NCBI RefSeq assembly: GCF_052425735.1
Contig: NC_135763.1
Location: forward strand, 35,278,001 to 35,342,000
Direction of reading: 5' to 3'
Origin: Oculina patagonica
Taxonomy: Eukaryota
Length of the DNA: 64,000 nt
The notes beneath the pieces are model-generated. The model was not told the origin of the DNA and ran no database searches. It worked only from the letters and a program-made list of their open reading frames with translations. The stretch's first letter is position 1. Each line of letters starts with the position of its first letter. Shown piece after piece: positions 61,294 through 64,000 of the stretch. A program made the position numbers and the translations under genes.

Positions 61294-62310
61294 GTTCATC
61301 CTCTGCAAAAATGAACTCCTACATAAGCGCTATTAGCTTTGGCTAAAGTACATATCGACAAGATACGCACTTGCGTTCGGCTTATCGGCGGCTTGTAGAT
61401 TCATCTTTTTCTTTCTTTTTCGCTCCAACAACCGATTAAAAAGCGACAAGGTAAACGACAAAAAATTGGTTGAGCACAATAAGCGTGAGTGGCCATATTA
61501 AAAGTGAATTGAATTGCTTTTAGCAATGACAATTATGTATCTTTAATTGAAATGAAATTCAAAACAAAAATTCACACTTGCGTTTACCACGCATTTATAA
61601 ACTTTCTCACAATTGGTTAGATCAGTTTTTGTAAATAGCAGTTTAAACAGCCGGAAAGAAAAAATCCAAAGGCGAGCCGACGTTAAGTAATATTATCACA
61701 ACCAATATCGAGCAATCAAACGCATTTTCACTTTCTAAATGCATTTTAAACTGCCACTTGCATAGATTTAACCGATATAAATTCAATTCGAATATGATAT
61801 ACTTATATTTAGCGTTCAGAGCCAGAAATTAGTTACAGCCTAAAAAATAAAAAGTAATGCAATTCATTCATATTCATGTACGGGAAAGTTGGGAAATTTA
61901 CAAAAAAATCAAATAGGTACCGCGGTATCTTCGCCATACATATTGAAAGATTCTTGAAATTACAGGTTGTTTAAGGGTCAGAATGGATTCTCATTTTCGT
62001 AAATACTAAAGCGTACCGAAACACTCACGTGAAATGTGTGGTAACGTCAGGAAACTGTGCTCATAGGATTGAAATTGTTTCAAGGCTGGGTTAATATAGT
62101 GTCTTTAATCCATTTTTTTGCTTCAAAAGAGAGGGAGCTCATAACCCGCAGGACCTTTTCAATTCCGGGGTCCTTCTCCAAACCTAGGGCAAAAGAGGTA
62201 GGCAATATGAAGCATGTAGTCACAGGCAGATATGTGCAAATTGGAAAATATGTGAATGTTCAGTTTTGTCTGCTTCAATAATTTTATTATACGTGTTGTC
62301 AAAAGTTTAT

Positions 62311-62545
62311 CTGGCGCAGGGGTGAGAGCGCTCGTCTCCCACCAATGTGGCCCGAGTTCGATTCCCGACCTGGCGTCATATGTGGGTCGAGTTTGTTGTT
62401 GCTTCTCGTCCTTGCATCGGGGGTTTTTCTCCGGGTCCTTCAGTTTTCCTCCCTCCACAAAAAACCGACACTTCTAAATTCCAATTCGATCGGGAATCCG
62501 AGGGCCACAGGTTTGTTAGTCCCAAGACTATTAAGTGCTAATAAT
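62311..62545 (+). mobile_element. tRNA-derived SINE with V-domain-like core
   Basis: A box TGGCGCAGGGG, B box GAGTTCGATTCC, core GGTTTTTCTCCGGGTCCTTCAGTTTTCCTCCCTCCAC. Confidence 0.8.
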
Positions 62546-63859
62546 TTATTATTAGCACTTAATAGTATTTAAATCGGCATATATATTTAAACGGCTTGGT
62601 GATAATAACTATCGGTAGTGCTTTCAGCATTATGCAATGCCAAATTACAATATTGTTATTCAAAGCACCAGCACACTGGTAAACACCGGACACATGATCG
62701 CAACTAAACAAATAAACATTAACAATCATCGTAAGTTAACAAAGGAATACTTTTCAAAGCAGGTTTGTTATAGAGCAGTAGACCGAGTATATACAAGTGG
62801 GTCAAAGGATTTACCAAAAGTCGGGAATATTTCGCGATAGCTTAAGATTGGGTGCTCGTGCTTGTTTCAGTGTGTATCACGCGACGTAACCTCTTTGAAG
62901 AGCTAGCTATAGGTGTCTAGTACATGTATTCCAGGGAGTAAAATTGGAAATAACTTTTACAGTTGTCAAAGAGAAAGACGTGTACTGGGAATAAAGCCAG
63001 GCTGACTTGTAAGTATATAATGCAGTAACTTTAGAGCACTTAATACATGGGTCCTCTTGATTTGTGGAAAATCCTAAGTCGGCGACAACTATCATGGGTG
63101 GTCGAAAAAAGGCCTGAGGAGATAAGTTTTTGTTCCCACTGGATTTTATTTTTTAGCTTATATTCACAATTATGCTAATCAGAAAGTTCACCATAATTGG
63201 CTATCTTTAAAACCTACTATTACCAACGAGATTCTCATTGGGTGAAAATGTGTCAGAGGAAATTACTTTCAGACAGCTGTTACTCTTAGGAATAAACACT
63301 GTATCATTATTTACGAGACTGAAGTAAAAAAAAAAAGTCTCTCTTAGACAATGAACTGGCTTCGGCTCACTTCGGCAAGTGATGGGAATACGGCGCTGAA
63401 CAAACTAGAACAACCAGCTATGTATACAGAGCAGGAGTGGATAATAGCATCGTTTTTGCGTCAACCAAGTATAAAGGACTATTTATTGTAGAGCTCTTAC
63501 TGATAATATTCCTCCAAGAAAGGCCCACATTCAGAAAATGCAATGTCCTAAAACATACATATTGTTCAAGTTTAAACAGAAATATTCAGAAAAATAACAG
63601 CTTGAGAATAAGATTGCGCCACATCTTATATTTTAAGTGTAAGTTGCGATTACTGAAAACGATATCATATTGGAAATAAATAACTCGCCGTCCCAGCTGA
63701 ATGGACTAGTATCTTAACGAAGGAATCATGTTTATGAAAACTTTACTTTTCGAATAGTTAATATTTCAATGATTTCACATTTAAATTAAAAGACATGAGT
63801 GCTATTTTTGCTAAATTAGAGGTTTTCACAAAAATAAGATCTTGATGCTTGCATGAAAA

Positions 63860-64000
63860 CATCAAAACATTTATAATAGTGAATGTGTGTCCAGCAGTAG
63901 CAGTGAAATATATATATGATAAGTGCAAATGCGGCCTTACACTACTGAAGACCTGAAAAAAATTTTCAGGCTCTGAGCGGGAGTCGAACCCACGACCTTT
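63860..64000 (-). mobile_element. tRNA-derived SINE truncated by the window end
   Basis: Minus strand reads AGGTCGTGGGTTCGACTCCCGCTCAGAGCCTGAAAATTTTTTCAGG (B box/T-arm followed by a non-tRNA hairpin). Confidence 0.6.

Overview
Eukaryotic, AT-rich animal DNA with GT-AG introns, tRNA-derived SINEs and many MITEs. The repeat types suggest an anthozoan, probably a stony coral (inference). Two things dominate. (1) Positions ~70-50653 hold a dense array of 14 genes, each with its coding region apparently in a single exon. They encode basic, Ser/Arg/Lys-rich, probably disordered proteins of about 170-420 aa; only one has a recognisable folded domain (MYPT-like ankyrin repeats). The proteins are not alignable end to end but reuse a small kit of short motifs: PP1-docking RVxF(-phi-phi-R), [LF]Px[IL], DPRFxxL, basic amphipathic calmodulin-binding-like helices, a shared N-x6-L-x3-L-x2-L coiled-coil segment and many RRxS sites. 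One member is split by a frameshift. The array looks like a fast-diverging cluster of candidate phosphatase/Ca2+-calmodulin signalling adaptors. (2) Next to it (53335-59251, minus strand) is an 8-exon gene reconstructed by hand, which the ORF track shows only as fragments. It encodes a ~369-aa single-pass membrane protein with a cytoplasmic PDZ domain fused to a calmodulin-like four-EF-hand region, plus a duplicated exon that could give a short TM-only isoform. All functional assignments are motif-based inference; no database searches were run.
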